This document shows, piece after piece, positions 42,167 to 51,152 of a stretch of DNA of 64,000 nucleotides. The notes below the pieces were generated by a model. It was not told the origin of the DNA, made no database searches, and saw only the letters and a list, made by a program, of their open reading frames with translations. How positions within the stretch are numbered: position 1 is the stretch's first letter; the number at the start of each line of letters is the position of its first letter. The stretch is taken from assembly GCF_028368995.1 (NCBI RefSeq), contig NZ_JAQNDL010000003.1, forward strand, positions 1,984,001-2,048,000, written 5' to 3'. The translations under genes and the position numbers were made by a program. The DNA comes from Nannocystis bainbridge. GTDB lineage: Bacteria; Myxococcota_A; Polyangia; Nannocystales; Nannocystaceae.

Positions 42167-43675
42167 ATGCAACCGGCTCAAGTGCTCGCCGTCGCCGCGA
42201 CCGCCGGGGAATCCTCGGTGCGACGCAAGTCGCGGTTCACCACCCTGCCTCCTCAAGTCCTGGACTTCGCGCTGTCGCTGGCGACTCAGGGCCGCGCCAT
42301 CGTGCTCGTCAGCGTCGTGATGGCCGCCGTCGTGGTCGTCGCCGCCGACCCCGGCCCGGCCGCGATCGTCGGCTGCAGCGCGTTCGTGTTGGTGCAGGCG
42401 GTCTCTTTCTTCAACCCTGTCTCGTTCGACCGCGCCCGCACCCGCACGCGCGACCTCGTCCGCTACGCCGCGCTCGCCGTGCTGCTCGTCGCATTGCCGG
42501 GCCAGCTCGCCGCCGACGCGCCGGTGATGCTGCTCGGCCTCGCCGCCGCCTGCGCCGCCCCGCTGTCGTTCGCCCCCAAGCTCGCGGGCATCTGCATCGC
42601 GGGCCTCAGCCTCGCCTGCGCGCTCGGGGTCGTGGTCGCCGGCGGCCCGGCCGGGGCGGCGCTGATCGCCGCGCTGACGGTGGCCGCCGCCGGCGTGCCG
42701 CTCAACCTCGTGCTGGCGCACCACGGCCGCAGCGGCGAGATCTTGCGCTCGGCGCTCGGCCGCCTCGAGCGCGAGATGGAGAACCGGCAGCAGATCGAGG
42801 ATCAACTGCGCCGCACCCACGACGAGCTCGAGCGCCGCGTCGAGGAGCGGACGATCGCGCTGACCCGCGCCAACCGCAAGATGGAGTCGGAGATCCGCGT
42901 GCGCCGCCAGGCCGAGGAGCAGGCGCTCGAGGCCAATCGCATCAAGAGCTCGTTCCTCGCCAACATGAGCCACGAGCTGCGGACCCCGCTCAACGCGATC
43001 ATCGGCTACAGCGAGATCTTGCTCGAGGACACGGCCCGCCCGGCCCTCCGCGAGCTGCACGACGACCTCGGCAAGATCCACGGCTCGGCCGAGCACCTGC
43101 TCGCGCTCATCAGCGACATCCTCGACCTCTCGAAGATCGAGTCCGGCAAGATGGACATCAACCTCGAGGCGTTCCGGCTCGATGACGTGCTCGCCAGCGT
43201 GATGTCGCACCTCGCCCCGCTGGCCGAGCGCAACGGCGACACGCTCAAGCTCCGCTGCGCCCGCGATCTCGGCGAGCTCAAGACCGACCGCACCAAGCTG
43301 CACCAGATCCTGAGCAACCTGCTCAGCAACGCCTGCAAGTTCACCCACAACGGCCGCATCGAGCTGTCGATCAAGGCCCAGGGCGAGGGCGGCCGCGCGT
43401 GGTACCGCTTCGAGGTCAGCGACACCGGCATCGGCATCGCCCCCGACGTGCTCGAGCGCCTGTTCGCCCCGTTCGTCCAGGCCGACTCCTCGACCACCCG
43501 CAAGTTCGGCGGCACCGGCCTCGGCCTCGCCATCAGCCGCCACTACGCCCGCATGCTCGGCGGCGACATCACAGTGCGCAGCCAGCCCGGCGTCGGCTCG
43601 ACCTTCACCCTCCGCCTGCCGCAGGAGTCCATCGACCCGCGCAAGGCCGGGGTAATCCTCGTCTCGCATTTTTAA
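42167..43675 (+). CDS. Membrane-bound sensor histidine kinase (no adjacent response regulator)
   Basis: H-box 'FLANMSHELRTPLNAI', N-box 'NLLSNACKFT', 'DTGIGI', 'GGTGLGL'; N-terminal TM helices. Start uncertain. Confidence 0.93.
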   Translation: MQPAQVLAVAATAGESSVRRKSRFTTLPPQVLDFALSLATQGRAIVLVSVVMAAVVVVAADPGPAAIVGCSAFVLVQAVSFFNPVSFDRARTRTRDLVRYAALAVLLVALPGQLAADAPVMLLGLAAACAAPLSFAPKLAGICIAGLSLACALGVVVAGGPAGAALIAALTVAAAGVPLNLVLAHHGRSGEILRSALGRLEREMENRQQIEDQLRRTHDELERRVEERTIALTRANRKMESEIRVRRQAEEQALEANRIKSSFLANMSHELRTPLNAIIGYSEILLEDTARPALRELHDDLGKIHGSAEHLLALISDILDLSKIESGKMDINLEAFRLDDVLASVMSHLAPLAERNGDTLKLRCARDLGELKTDRTKLHQILSNLLSNACKFTHNGRIELSIKAQGEGGRAWYRFEVSDTGIGIAPDVLERLFAPFVQADSSTTRKFGGTGLGLAISRHYARMLGGDITVRSQPGVGSTFTLRLPQESIDPRKAGVILVSHF

Positions 43676-43676
43676 A

Positions 43677-43829
43677 GTGCATGTCCCTCGGGACATGTCT
43701 CGAAGTTCGCCGACCCCGTACATGACCTTCGGGACATGTCTCGCCGAAGCAGTCGGCTCGTGCATGACCTTCGGGACATGTCTCGCCGACCCGCGGCTTG
43801 TGCATGACCTTCGGGACGTGCCACGCCGA
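43677..43829. repeat. Tandem array of 4 units (about 30-nt core, period 40-42 nt) built on the GACATGTC element
   Basis: GT(G/A)CATGACCTTCGGGACATGTCTCGCCGA at 43718 and 43760, with variants at 43677 and 43800; linkers differ in sequence. Confidence 0.9.
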
Positions 43830-44059
43830 CGCCGAGCGCCGCCAGCGGGGGCCGGCCCGGCCCGGCGACGCACCTGAGCGACGGCCCGCCCGGGCTCGTC
43901 CTCCCGCGCGTGCGCCTCGGGATCGGCCCGGACAAGGGCCTCCCGCGCGGCGCGCGATCGCGCCGGGCCTGGACGCTCGCGGGACCCGTCGTCGCGCCCC
44001 GCCGCGAGCCCGCGCCGATGCGCGGAGGTCCGCCGCGGCCTCCGTGCGGATCCACGCCG

Positions 44060-44091
44060 GGTCGAAGTGGACACGACTGTCCGTTTCGACC
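44060..44091. promoter_or_regulatory. 32-bp near-perfect palindrome upstream of the Coq4-like gene (operator-like)
   Basis: GGTCGAA-GT-GGACA-CGAC-TGTCC-GT-TTCGACC, ending 28 nt before the ATG. Confidence 0.55.
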
Positions 44092-44119
44092 ACACTCCTC
44101 CGGCCGAAGGAGTGCCCCC

Positions 44120-44797
44120 ATGAACCAGCCAGCGTTCCCGACCCTGCCCCCGAACGCGTCGTTCGTCACCCGCGTCCGCCTCAGCCTGCACGCGCTCAAG
44201 GTCCTGACGGACGACCCCGGCAACACCTACTACGGCCCGCTGGTCAACGCCTGCCTCGACGGCGACACCTACGCCAAGCTGGCCCGGACCTGGCGCGCCA
44301 GCGACGACGGCCGGCAGATGCTCGACGAGCGCCCGACCCTGCAGGGCCGCGAGCTCGACCTCGACGCCCTGGAGCAGCTGCCCGCCGGCACTCTCGGCCA
44401 CGAGTTCGTCCGCTACTTCCGCGACAACGGCATCCAGCCGTTCGAGACCACCTTCCCGGTCGAGAACGACGTCGACTACCTGAGCAAGCGTTACCGCGAG
44501 ACCCACGACCTGTTCCACGTCCTCACCGGCTACGGCACCGACGAGCACGGCGAGATGCTGCTGCAGGCGTTCGTACTCGGCAACCTCGGCGTGCGCCAGG
44601 CGGTGCTGATCCTCGCCTACTCGGTCCCGCGGCGGGTCAAGGTCGCCGGCTGGAAGGACCTCGTGCCCTACCTCGGCCGCCTGCGCGCCGCCTACCGCCG
44701 CGGCCGCCGCTCGCGCGAGCTCCTCAGCGTCAACTACGAGAAGCTGTGGTCCACCCCGGTGGCCTCGCTGTCCCGCCTGCTGTGCGCGCCGGCATGA
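44120..44797 (+). CDS. Coq4-family protein
   Basis: 'LPAGTLGHEF', 'RYRETHDLFHVLTGYGTDEHGE' (HDxxH...E motif); GAAGGAG RBS. Confidence 0.85.
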   Translation: MNQPAFPTLPPNASFVTRVRLSLHALKVLTDDPGNTYYGPLVNACLDGDTYAKLARTWRASDDGRQMLDERPTLQGRELDLDALEQLPAGTLGHEFVRYFRDNGIQPFETTFPVENDVDYLSKRYRETHDLFHVLTGYGTDEHGEMLLQAFVLGNLGVRQAVLILAYSVPRRVKVAGWKDLVPYLGRLRAAYRRGRRSRELLSVNYEKLWSTPVASLSRLLCAPA

Positions 44798-44875
44798 TTC
44801 GCCTTCGCCGACGAGATGTCCGAGAGAACATGCCCATGCGGACATGTTCTTTCGGCCACACCACCGCGGCGCGCC

Positions 44876-45430
44876 TCACTCGGCGAGGGTGAGGACCCGG
44901 GTGTAGACGGCGTCGGCGACCGAGAAGTACGGCGCCAAGAACGGCACGGCCGGCAGCCCGGGCCAGGGCGCGAGGGACGGGTTCGGCAGCAGCAGCAGCG
45001 CGCCGCCGCGGTGCTCGAGGCGCGCCCCGGCGACCATCTTCTGGCCGAACCACACGTTGCAGCGGACCACCCGCAGGCTCCCGTTCGCGGTCTCACCGAG
45101 GATCGCCCCGTGCCCGTCGCGCAGCTCGACGCCGTGCTCGAACAGCTCGAAGCGGTACAGCGTGCGCCTGAACGAGGCCATCTCGGGGCGCCCGAGGATC
45201 GCAAAGAGCACGATCAGCGCGGCGAAGGCGAAGACCACGGCCGGCGCCGCGAAGCAGGCCACGAGCGGCAGCGAGGGGTCTTGCCAGCGCACCAGCGGCG
45301 CGAACGCGGCCGCCGGAACCAGCGAGCACACCGCGACCGCGAGGACGAAGCGCACCGCGTTCGTCTCCCACACGGTCTCACGCGCGAGGGCAGGTCTCGC
45401 GGCGCCAGGAGAGGCTGCGTTCGTCGTCAC
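44876..45430 (-). CDS. Hypothetical membrane protein
   Basis: Two TM segments followed by a small soluble domain; high GC3 on the minus strand. Confidence 0.6.
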   Translation of the reverse strand: MTTNAASPGAARPALARETVWETNAVRFVLAVAVCSLVPAAAFAPLVRWQDPSLPLVACFAAPAVVFAFAALIVLFAILGRPEMASFRRTLYRFELFEHGVELRDGHGAILGETANGSLRVVRCNVWFGQKMVAGARLEHRGGALLLLPNPSLAPWPGLPAVPFLAPYFSVADAVYTRVLTLAE

Positions 45431-45757
45431 CGGGATCGAGTAGCACGGCCCGTCGCGCCCGGTCGACGGAATCCGCCCGAAGACGCCGCGCGATCGCTCG
45501 CCCAGCGCGCTCGCTGCAGCGCTTCGCTCGCGCTGCGCGGCATCGCCAGGCCCTCGTCGCGCGGCCGCGCCGATTGACGCCGGTCGCAGGGTCGCCTCCC
45601 GCCGCGATGGAGGCTCAGTCCGGGCTTCCTTCTCGACTACGATAAGTCCCAGCCCGGACGCTCACCTCCGCTCATTTTCTGCGCGAATGAACCTTCGGAC
45701 ATGCCCTTCAAGGCATGTCCGAAGATTCATATCCATCTGTTCTTTCGGACACCCGCC

Positions 45758-48700
45758 TCACGGCGGAGGCGTGTCGTCGTCCTGGTCGCTCGTGATCGGC
45801 GGCAGCGGGCGCTTGCCGGGCGGCGGCGGTGGTGGAGCCGGGCGCGGGCGACCGGGCGTCGGCGGCGTGATCGCCTCTGCCACCGGGCGCACCGGCTGCG
45901 GACCACTCGCGTTGGTGCGCGCCACCGTCGGGCTGCGCGGCGCGTCGAGCTCCGCCTCCAGCGGGGGCGGCGGCGCCTCCATCGTATCCGTCATGCGGAA
46001 CCGCGACGCGCGCGGGCGCGGCGTCGTGTCTTCGTGGACCAGCCCGCCGCTGTCGGTCGACTGGCTCATGAAGATCGCCTCCGACACCCCTGACTGGGCC
46101 GCGCGCGGCACCACCATCGTCTGGTGGATCGCCGCCTGCGCCGGCACCGGCCCTGAATTGCGGCTCGCTGGCGGCGGCGGCACCGGCCGCGGCGGCGTCG
46201 GCCGCCACAGCGGCCGCCACAATCCGCCCTGCGCCGCGCTCTGCCAGCCCCACGGCAGCCAGCGGATCAGCGACCACGCCAGCCACAGCGCCCACGCCAG
46301 CATCAGCCCGCGGTACCACCACAGCGACACCGAAAGCACCCACGGGCGCGGCATCAGCCCGCCGACCCCTTCGACGTACTCCACCCGGTCCTGGTACCAG
46401 CGCAGCGAGCTCGCGTACGACCCGTTGCCTTCGATCTGCATGTCGGGCTGACCGAGCAGCCCGGCGTGCACCGCCGCGATCAGGGCCGAGCCCGCCAGCA
46501 GCGTCCAGCCCGCGATCGTCAGCTGGCGCAGCGCGAACCATCCTGGCGTCAGGTCGACCCGGCGGCGGCGCCAGCCGAGCAGCAGGAACCACCCGATCAC
46601 CAGCATCGCCTCCGGCACCGACACCGTCGACAGCCCGAGCCCGAGCAGGAACCACTGATGGCCGCGCAGCGGCGACACTGACAGGCGGGCCAGCACCGCC
46701 GACCCGATCAGCAGCACCACGATGTAGCTCCAGAACAGCACCGCCGGCCCGAGCCGCGGCCCGCCCAGCAGCAAGATCCACCGGCTCGGCGGGAACTCGA
46801 CGTGGACCTCGGCGTTGACCGCCGCCGCCCCGAGGTCGACCACCGGCGCCGTGTAGCGCTGGCCCAGCGTCGCCGCCTCGCGCCACTCGAGCTGGACCCG
46901 CTGCACCCCGGGCGCCACCGGTACGCGGACCTGCTGGCCCTCCTGGCCGATCGGCTGCTGCGCCCCGTTGATCAGCACCTTCTGCAGCTGCGCGTCGGCC
47001 GGCAGCGCCAGCGTGTGATGGCCGCCGCGAGACGAGCGCAGCTCGAGCTGCAGCTCCGCGTCGACCGCCCGCATACCTGGCCGAAGGGTCAGGCGCGCGA
47101 AGTCGAGGGTCAGCGTCTCGCCGGGCACCCCGGCCGGGCGCGAGATGTCCAGCACCACCTGTTCCCCGGGCCAGGGCGTCCAGACCTGCAGCCCCTCGGC
47201 GCCGCGGCGGGTCGGCGGGATCCCCCCGGCCTCCACGTGCCACACCGGCCCCACCATCACCTCCCACACCTCGCTCCACGGCGCCCCCGTGGCCGCCGCC
47301 AGCACGATCTGCGGCGAGATCGGCAGCACGCTCGTCCACTCGACCACGTCCTCGTCGGGGCGGATGTTGACCAGCACCGCCCCGGCCTCGACCCGCTGCT
47401 CCGCCGTCGTCACCGACTCGCCCGGCAGCAGCGGCACCTTCAGCACCACCGCCGATCCGCGCGGCGTGGCGCGGACCACCCGCGTCGTCACCTCCCACGA
47501 CAGCCCCAGCGTCAGCGCCCGCTCGACGCGCACGAACGGCGGCAGCGTCCCGACCTCGAGCGTCTCCGCCTGCGCCGCGTCCTGCTTGCTGGTCCGCGTC
47601 AGCTGCAGCACCTCGTCGGCCAGCCCGTCCTCGTGCAGCCCGGCGACCGACCAGCCCTCGGCCCTGGCCGTCACGCGGTGCGGCCCGAGCGGCAGGCGCA
47701 GCTGGATCGTCTCGCGGTTCGGCAGCGGCCCCTCGAGCACCACCTCATGTCGGCCCGGCTCGAGCGCCAGTCGCAGCCCGCCGTCGCTCGTGCGCATCAG
47801 CCCGCCTGTCGCCGGCGAGCCGTCGACGCTCACCTGCGACGGCAGCCAGTGCTCCGCCGAACCGGGCAGCGGCGCCTCGACCTGGGCCGCCGCGTGCAGC
47901 TCGACCACCAGCCGCAGCGCCGACCCGCTCGCCTCCAGGCGCATGCGCGGGCTCGTCACGCAGTCGGGCAGGCAGCTCGGCGGCTCGGTCAGGCGCGCGC
48001 GCAGTTGCTCGAGCGTCGCCGCGTCCGGCACCTCCGCCGCCGTCGCCGTCGTCGGCAGCAGCAGCGCCGCCAGCGTCATCATCACCGTCGAGCCGATGGC
48101 CGAGTTCGGCCGCTGCGGCGGCGCCTGCCGCCGCTTGCGGAACACCCCGAACACCGCCAGCACCAGCGCCACCAGGAACAGCACCCGCACCCCTGCGAGC
48201 GCCAGGTTCACGTGCGGCGGCACCAGCACGAAGCTGACCTGCTGCGCCCGTTCGACCGGTCCGCTCCAGCGCAGCGGCACCGAGTGCCATGACCACCGCG
48301 GCACGCCCGGACCGGTCTGCACCACCGTGCTCGCGTCGTACTCGCGCAGCTTCTTCTGCTGGCGCCGGCGATAATCGCCGCTCAGGCTGGCCCCGCTCGC
48401 CCCCCACGACGACGACACCGACTGCTCCTCGTCCTCGTCGAGTTTTTCGGCCAGCTTCGCCCGGCCCATGCGGCCCTCCTCGCCCCCGTACGCCTTCCCG
48501 CCCTCGGTCTCGAGGTCGTTGGCCTTCTGGTCGAGAGAGCCCGGGGCGAACGTCGCGGGCGGCATCTCCTCGGCCATCACTGCCGGCCCCAGCTGACCTG
48601 TCGCAAGGGCCAGATCGAAATTGTCGCGCCCGCGCTGCTCGAGCGCCGGGTACAGCCCCTGGCGCAGCTGCTGGATCGCAAACACCGAGCAGATCCCCGC

Positions 48701-50398
48701 CAGCATCACCAGCGCCGCCAGGCGATAGCCGCGGACCAGCGAGCGCAGCCAGCTCTCGGGCAGCGCCCGGTGCAGCGCCTCGCCCACCAGCACGAAGATC
48801 CACACCGACCGCGGCGCCATCCACTCGGGGAAGATCAGCGCCAGCGTCACCACCGCCAGCACCCCCCAGGCCCAGCCGTACAGCCTTGCGATCGCGATCG
48901 CGATCACCAGCACCATGAACAGATCCAGCAGCGTCCAGCGGCCGAGCCACGTGTCGTCCACCTGATCGACCCCGGTCGCGTGCAAGATCCGCCAACCTGG
49001 CGGCAGGTGCAGCGTCCCCGTCACCGACGCGAAATCGTGGTCCCAGTCGACCGCCGACACCGACGGGCGCAGCCCCCCCGCGGGCACGCGCAGGTCCGCC
49101 GCCAGCGACACGTTCGGGCTGCGCAGCTCGATCCCTGCCTTGTTCGGGTCTTCGCGCGCAGTGATGAATTGCGGCTGCCCGCCGACCGCCACCGCCCCGA
49201 GGCGGGCCGAGCCCTGCATCTCGAGCCGGCGTGTGCCCTGCACCTGGCCCTCGATGCGGTCCTTGACCGTGAACCCGCCGCCGTCGAAATCGAGCCACCA
49301 GTCGCGGGCCAGCGCCAGCTGATCGGGCCCGCGGTCGGCCTCGCCGCGCTGCGTCACCGTCAGCTGCAGCGCCTGCCCGGGGCGGGCGCGGAACGCCGGG
49401 AACGAGCGCCACGCGTCGGGCAGCTGCGTCTGTTGTGGGTCGACCGCGTCGAGCCCGGCGAACTCGACCCGCCGCAGCTCCGGCGTCGGCGCGAACACCC
49501 ACACCTCTTCGCTGGCCCACGGCCCCTCGTTGCTGGCGAGGGCGATGCTCTGCAGGTCACCCGGGTGGCGCGCCTCGATCCGGATCGTCCACGAGCCCGG
49601 GCGCACCTGCACGCGCACGCGGCCGTCGGGCTCGAGCCGGGCCGGCAGCTCGCTCGCCACCTCCATCGCCACGAAGTCCGGCGGCAGCGCCTTGCCCAGC
49701 AGCTCCTCGCGGCTCTTGCCCGCCACCTGCAGCGAGATCTCCGTCGTCAGCCGCAGCGGGATCGCGTCCGTCACCTTGCGGTGCACCACCACGTCGAGCA
49801 GGTTCTGCTCGCTCGCCGCCTCCACCTTCTTCTGCAGCCACAGCGTCCCGTCGTTGTCCCGGCGCGGGAGCGCCTCCGGCTTGCCGCGCAGCTTCAGCGC
49901 CAGCAGCCCCGTCTCGGCCGGCACGCTGAGCTTCTCCGGCATGCTGTCCCACAGGAACGCCCCGGTGATCCGGTGCGCGCCGGGGCCGAGCTCGACCACC
50001 GGCAGGCCGCCGCGGCTCATCACCACCGCCGCCTGCCCGTCGACCTCGACCTCTTGCGGCCAGCGGCGCGCGTCGCCGGGCAGCGGCACCATCCCCTTCG
50101 CGTAGAGCTGCCAGCGCTGGGTGAACGACCCGCGCTCGTCGGCCAGCTCGAGCTCGAGCTGCGACGGCCAGGCGCAGCGACGCTCGCTGGTGCTGGCATG
50201 TACGTACGGACATGACCGATCGGACAGGGGCTGCAGCACCCACGGGATCCACTCGCGCAGCGCCTCGGGGATGTCCGCCGGCGCCTGCGCGACCGGTTCG
50301 ACCGGGGCTCGTGGGGGCGCCGCCGCGGCCTCCGCCGCGAACAGCAGCATCATCAGCGCGAGGACCCAGTGCAGCTGCCGAGGCGTGGAGCGAGTCAT
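45758..50398 (-). CDS. Very large (about 1546 aa) uncharacterised multi-pass membrane protein
   Basis: Signal peptide at 'MTRSTPRQLHWVLALMMLLFAAEAAA'; two long extracytoplasmic beta-rich regions, each followed by TM bundles; Pro-rich tail. Confidence 0.8.
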   Translation of the reverse strand: MTRSTPRQLHWVLALMMLLFAAEAAAAPPRAPVEPVAQAPADIPEALREWIPWVLQPLSDRSCPYVHASTSERRCAWPSQLELELADERGSFTQRWQLYAKGMVPLPGDARRWPQEVEVDGQAAVVMSRGGLPVVELGPGAHRITGAFLWDSMPEKLSVPAETGLLALKLRGKPEALPRRDNDGTLWLQKKVEAASEQNLLDVVVHRKVTDAIPLRLTTEISLQVAGKSREELLGKALPPDFVAMEVASELPARLEPDGRVRVQVRPGSWTIRIEARHPGDLQSIALASNEGPWASEEVWVFAPTPELRRVEFAGLDAVDPQQTQLPDAWRSFPAFRARPGQALQLTVTQRGEADRGPDQLALARDWWLDFDGGGFTVKDRIEGQVQGTRRLEMQGSARLGAVAVGGQPQFITAREDPNKAGIELRSPNVSLAADLRVPAGGLRPSVSAVDWDHDFASVTGTLHLPPGWRILHATGVDQVDDTWLGRWTLLDLFMVLVIAIAIARLYGWAWGVLAVVTLALIFPEWMAPRSVWIFVLVGEALHRALPESWLRSLVRGYRLAALVMLAGICSVFAIQQLRQGLYPALEQRGRDNFDLALATGQLGPAVMAEEMPPATFAPGSLDQKANDLETEGGKAYGGEEGRMGRAKLAEKLDEDEEQSVSSSWGASGASLSGDYRRRQQKKLREYDASTVVQTGPGVPRWSWHSVPLRWSGPVERAQQVSFVLVPPHVNLALAGVRVLFLVALVLAVFGVFRKRRQAPPQRPNSAIGSTVMMTLAALLLPTTATAAEVPDAATLEQLRARLTEPPSCLPDCVTSPRMRLEASGSALRLVVELHAAAQVEAPLPGSAEHWLPSQVSVDGSPATGGLMRTSDGGLRLALEPGRHEVVLEGPLPNRETIQLRLPLGPHRVTARAEGWSVAGLHEDGLADEVLQLTRTSKQDAAQAETLEVGTLPPFVRVERALTLGLSWEVTTRVVRATPRGSAVVLKVPLLPGESVTTAEQRVEAGAVLVNIRPDEDVVEWTSVLPISPQIVLAAATGAPWSEVWEVMVGPVWHVEAGGIPPTRRGAEGLQVWTPWPGEQVVLDISRPAGVPGETLTLDFARLTLRPGMRAVDAELQLELRSSRGGHHTLALPADAQLQKVLINGAQQPIGQEGQQVRVPVAPGVQRVQLEWREAATLGQRYTAPVVDLGAAAVNAEVHVEFPPSRWILLLGGPRLGPAVLFWSYIVVLLIGSAVLARLSVSPLRGHQWFLLGLGLSTVSVPEAMLVIGWFLLLGWRRRRVDLTPGWFALRQLTIAGWTLLAGSALIAAVHAGLLGQPDMQIEGNGSYASSLRWYQDRVEYVEGVGGLMPRPWVLSVSLWWYRGLMLAWALWLAWSLIRWLPWGWQSAAQGGLWRPLWRPTPPRPVPPPPASRNSGPVPAQAAIHQTMVVPRAAQSGVSEAIFMSQSTDSGGLVHEDTTPRPRASRFRMTDTMEAPPPPLEAELDAPRSPTVARTNASGPQPVRPVAEAITPPTPGRPRPAPPPPPPGKRPLPPITSDQDDDTPPP

Positions 50399-50503
50399 GG
50401 GGGACCCAAGGGTACAGCGAGCCCAGGTGCCCGGGACAGGGCGGGACCCCTGGTCGGCCGCGGGCCCTCGCCCACCCGGCCCGCCCGTGGCACCCTGACC
50501 TGC

Positions 50504-50944
50504 GTGTCTTCGCCCACCGACTCCGAGCTGGCCGAGATCCTCGCGCGTGCGCGCACCATCGCCGTGCTCGGCGCGCACACCGACCCCAACAAGCCCGCGT
50601 GCTACGTCCCGGACTACCTGCACGCCGCCGGGTACACCGTCTTGCCGGTCAACCCCGTGTTCGCCGGCCGGCGCATGTGGGGCTCGACCTTCGTCGCCGC
50701 CCTGACCGACCTCTCGCTCGCGCCCGGCCAGCTCGACATGGTCGACGTGTTCCGCCGGCCCGAGTACCTCCAGGGCCACCTCCCGGAGATCTTGGCCGTG
50801 AAGCCCCGCGTCGTCTGGCTGCAGCTCGGCATCCGCCACGCCGAATTCGCGCGCACCCTCCGCGAGGCCGACATCGAAGTCGTCGAAGATCGCTGCGCCC
50901 TCGCCGAGCACCGCCGCCTCGGCCTCCCGAACCTCGGCGACTGA
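50504..50944 (+). CDS. CoA-binding protein (YccU family)
   Basis: 'ARTIAVLGA', 'YL..GYTVLPVNP', 'DMVDVFRRP', 'VVWLQLGI', 'VEDRC'. Confidence 0.9.
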   Translation: MSSPTDSELAEILARARTIAVLGAHTDPNKPACYVPDYLHAAGYTVLPVNPVFAGRRMWGSTFVAALTDLSLAPGQLDMVDVFRRPEYLQGHLPEILAVKPRVVWLQLGIRHAEFARTLREADIEVVEDRCALAEHRRLGLPNLGD

Positions 50945-51001
50945 CCGCGAAGTCCGCGCAGCGGCCCGGCCCGCGCGGTGCCCCGCCGCCAGTGCGTGGG
51001 G

Positions 51002-51057
51002 GACATGCCCTTTACGACATGCCCTTTACGACATGCCCTCGACGACATGTCCCTTCG
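51002..51057. repeat. Direct tandem of four 14-bp units GACATG(C/T)CC-N5
   Basis: GACATG at 51002, 51016, 51030, 51044, between two convergent genes. Confidence 0.9.
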
Positions 51058-51152
51058 ACCCGGCGCCCCAAACGAAGACACGCCGGCGAGCTCCCTCGCC
51101 GGCGTGTCGCCGTACAGTCGGCTCGCGGCGTGCTGCCGCGAGCCGCGTTCGT

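Noticed and set aside
42167-43675. Orphan histidine kinase as a novelty
   Set aside because: Orphan kinases are commonplace in myxobacteria, and nothing unusual is visible in its catalytic core.
43677-43829. CRISPR array
   Set aside because: Linkers of roughly 10-15 nt are far too short for spacers, there are no cas genes or AT-rich leader, and the repeat core belongs to the dispersed GACATGTC family.
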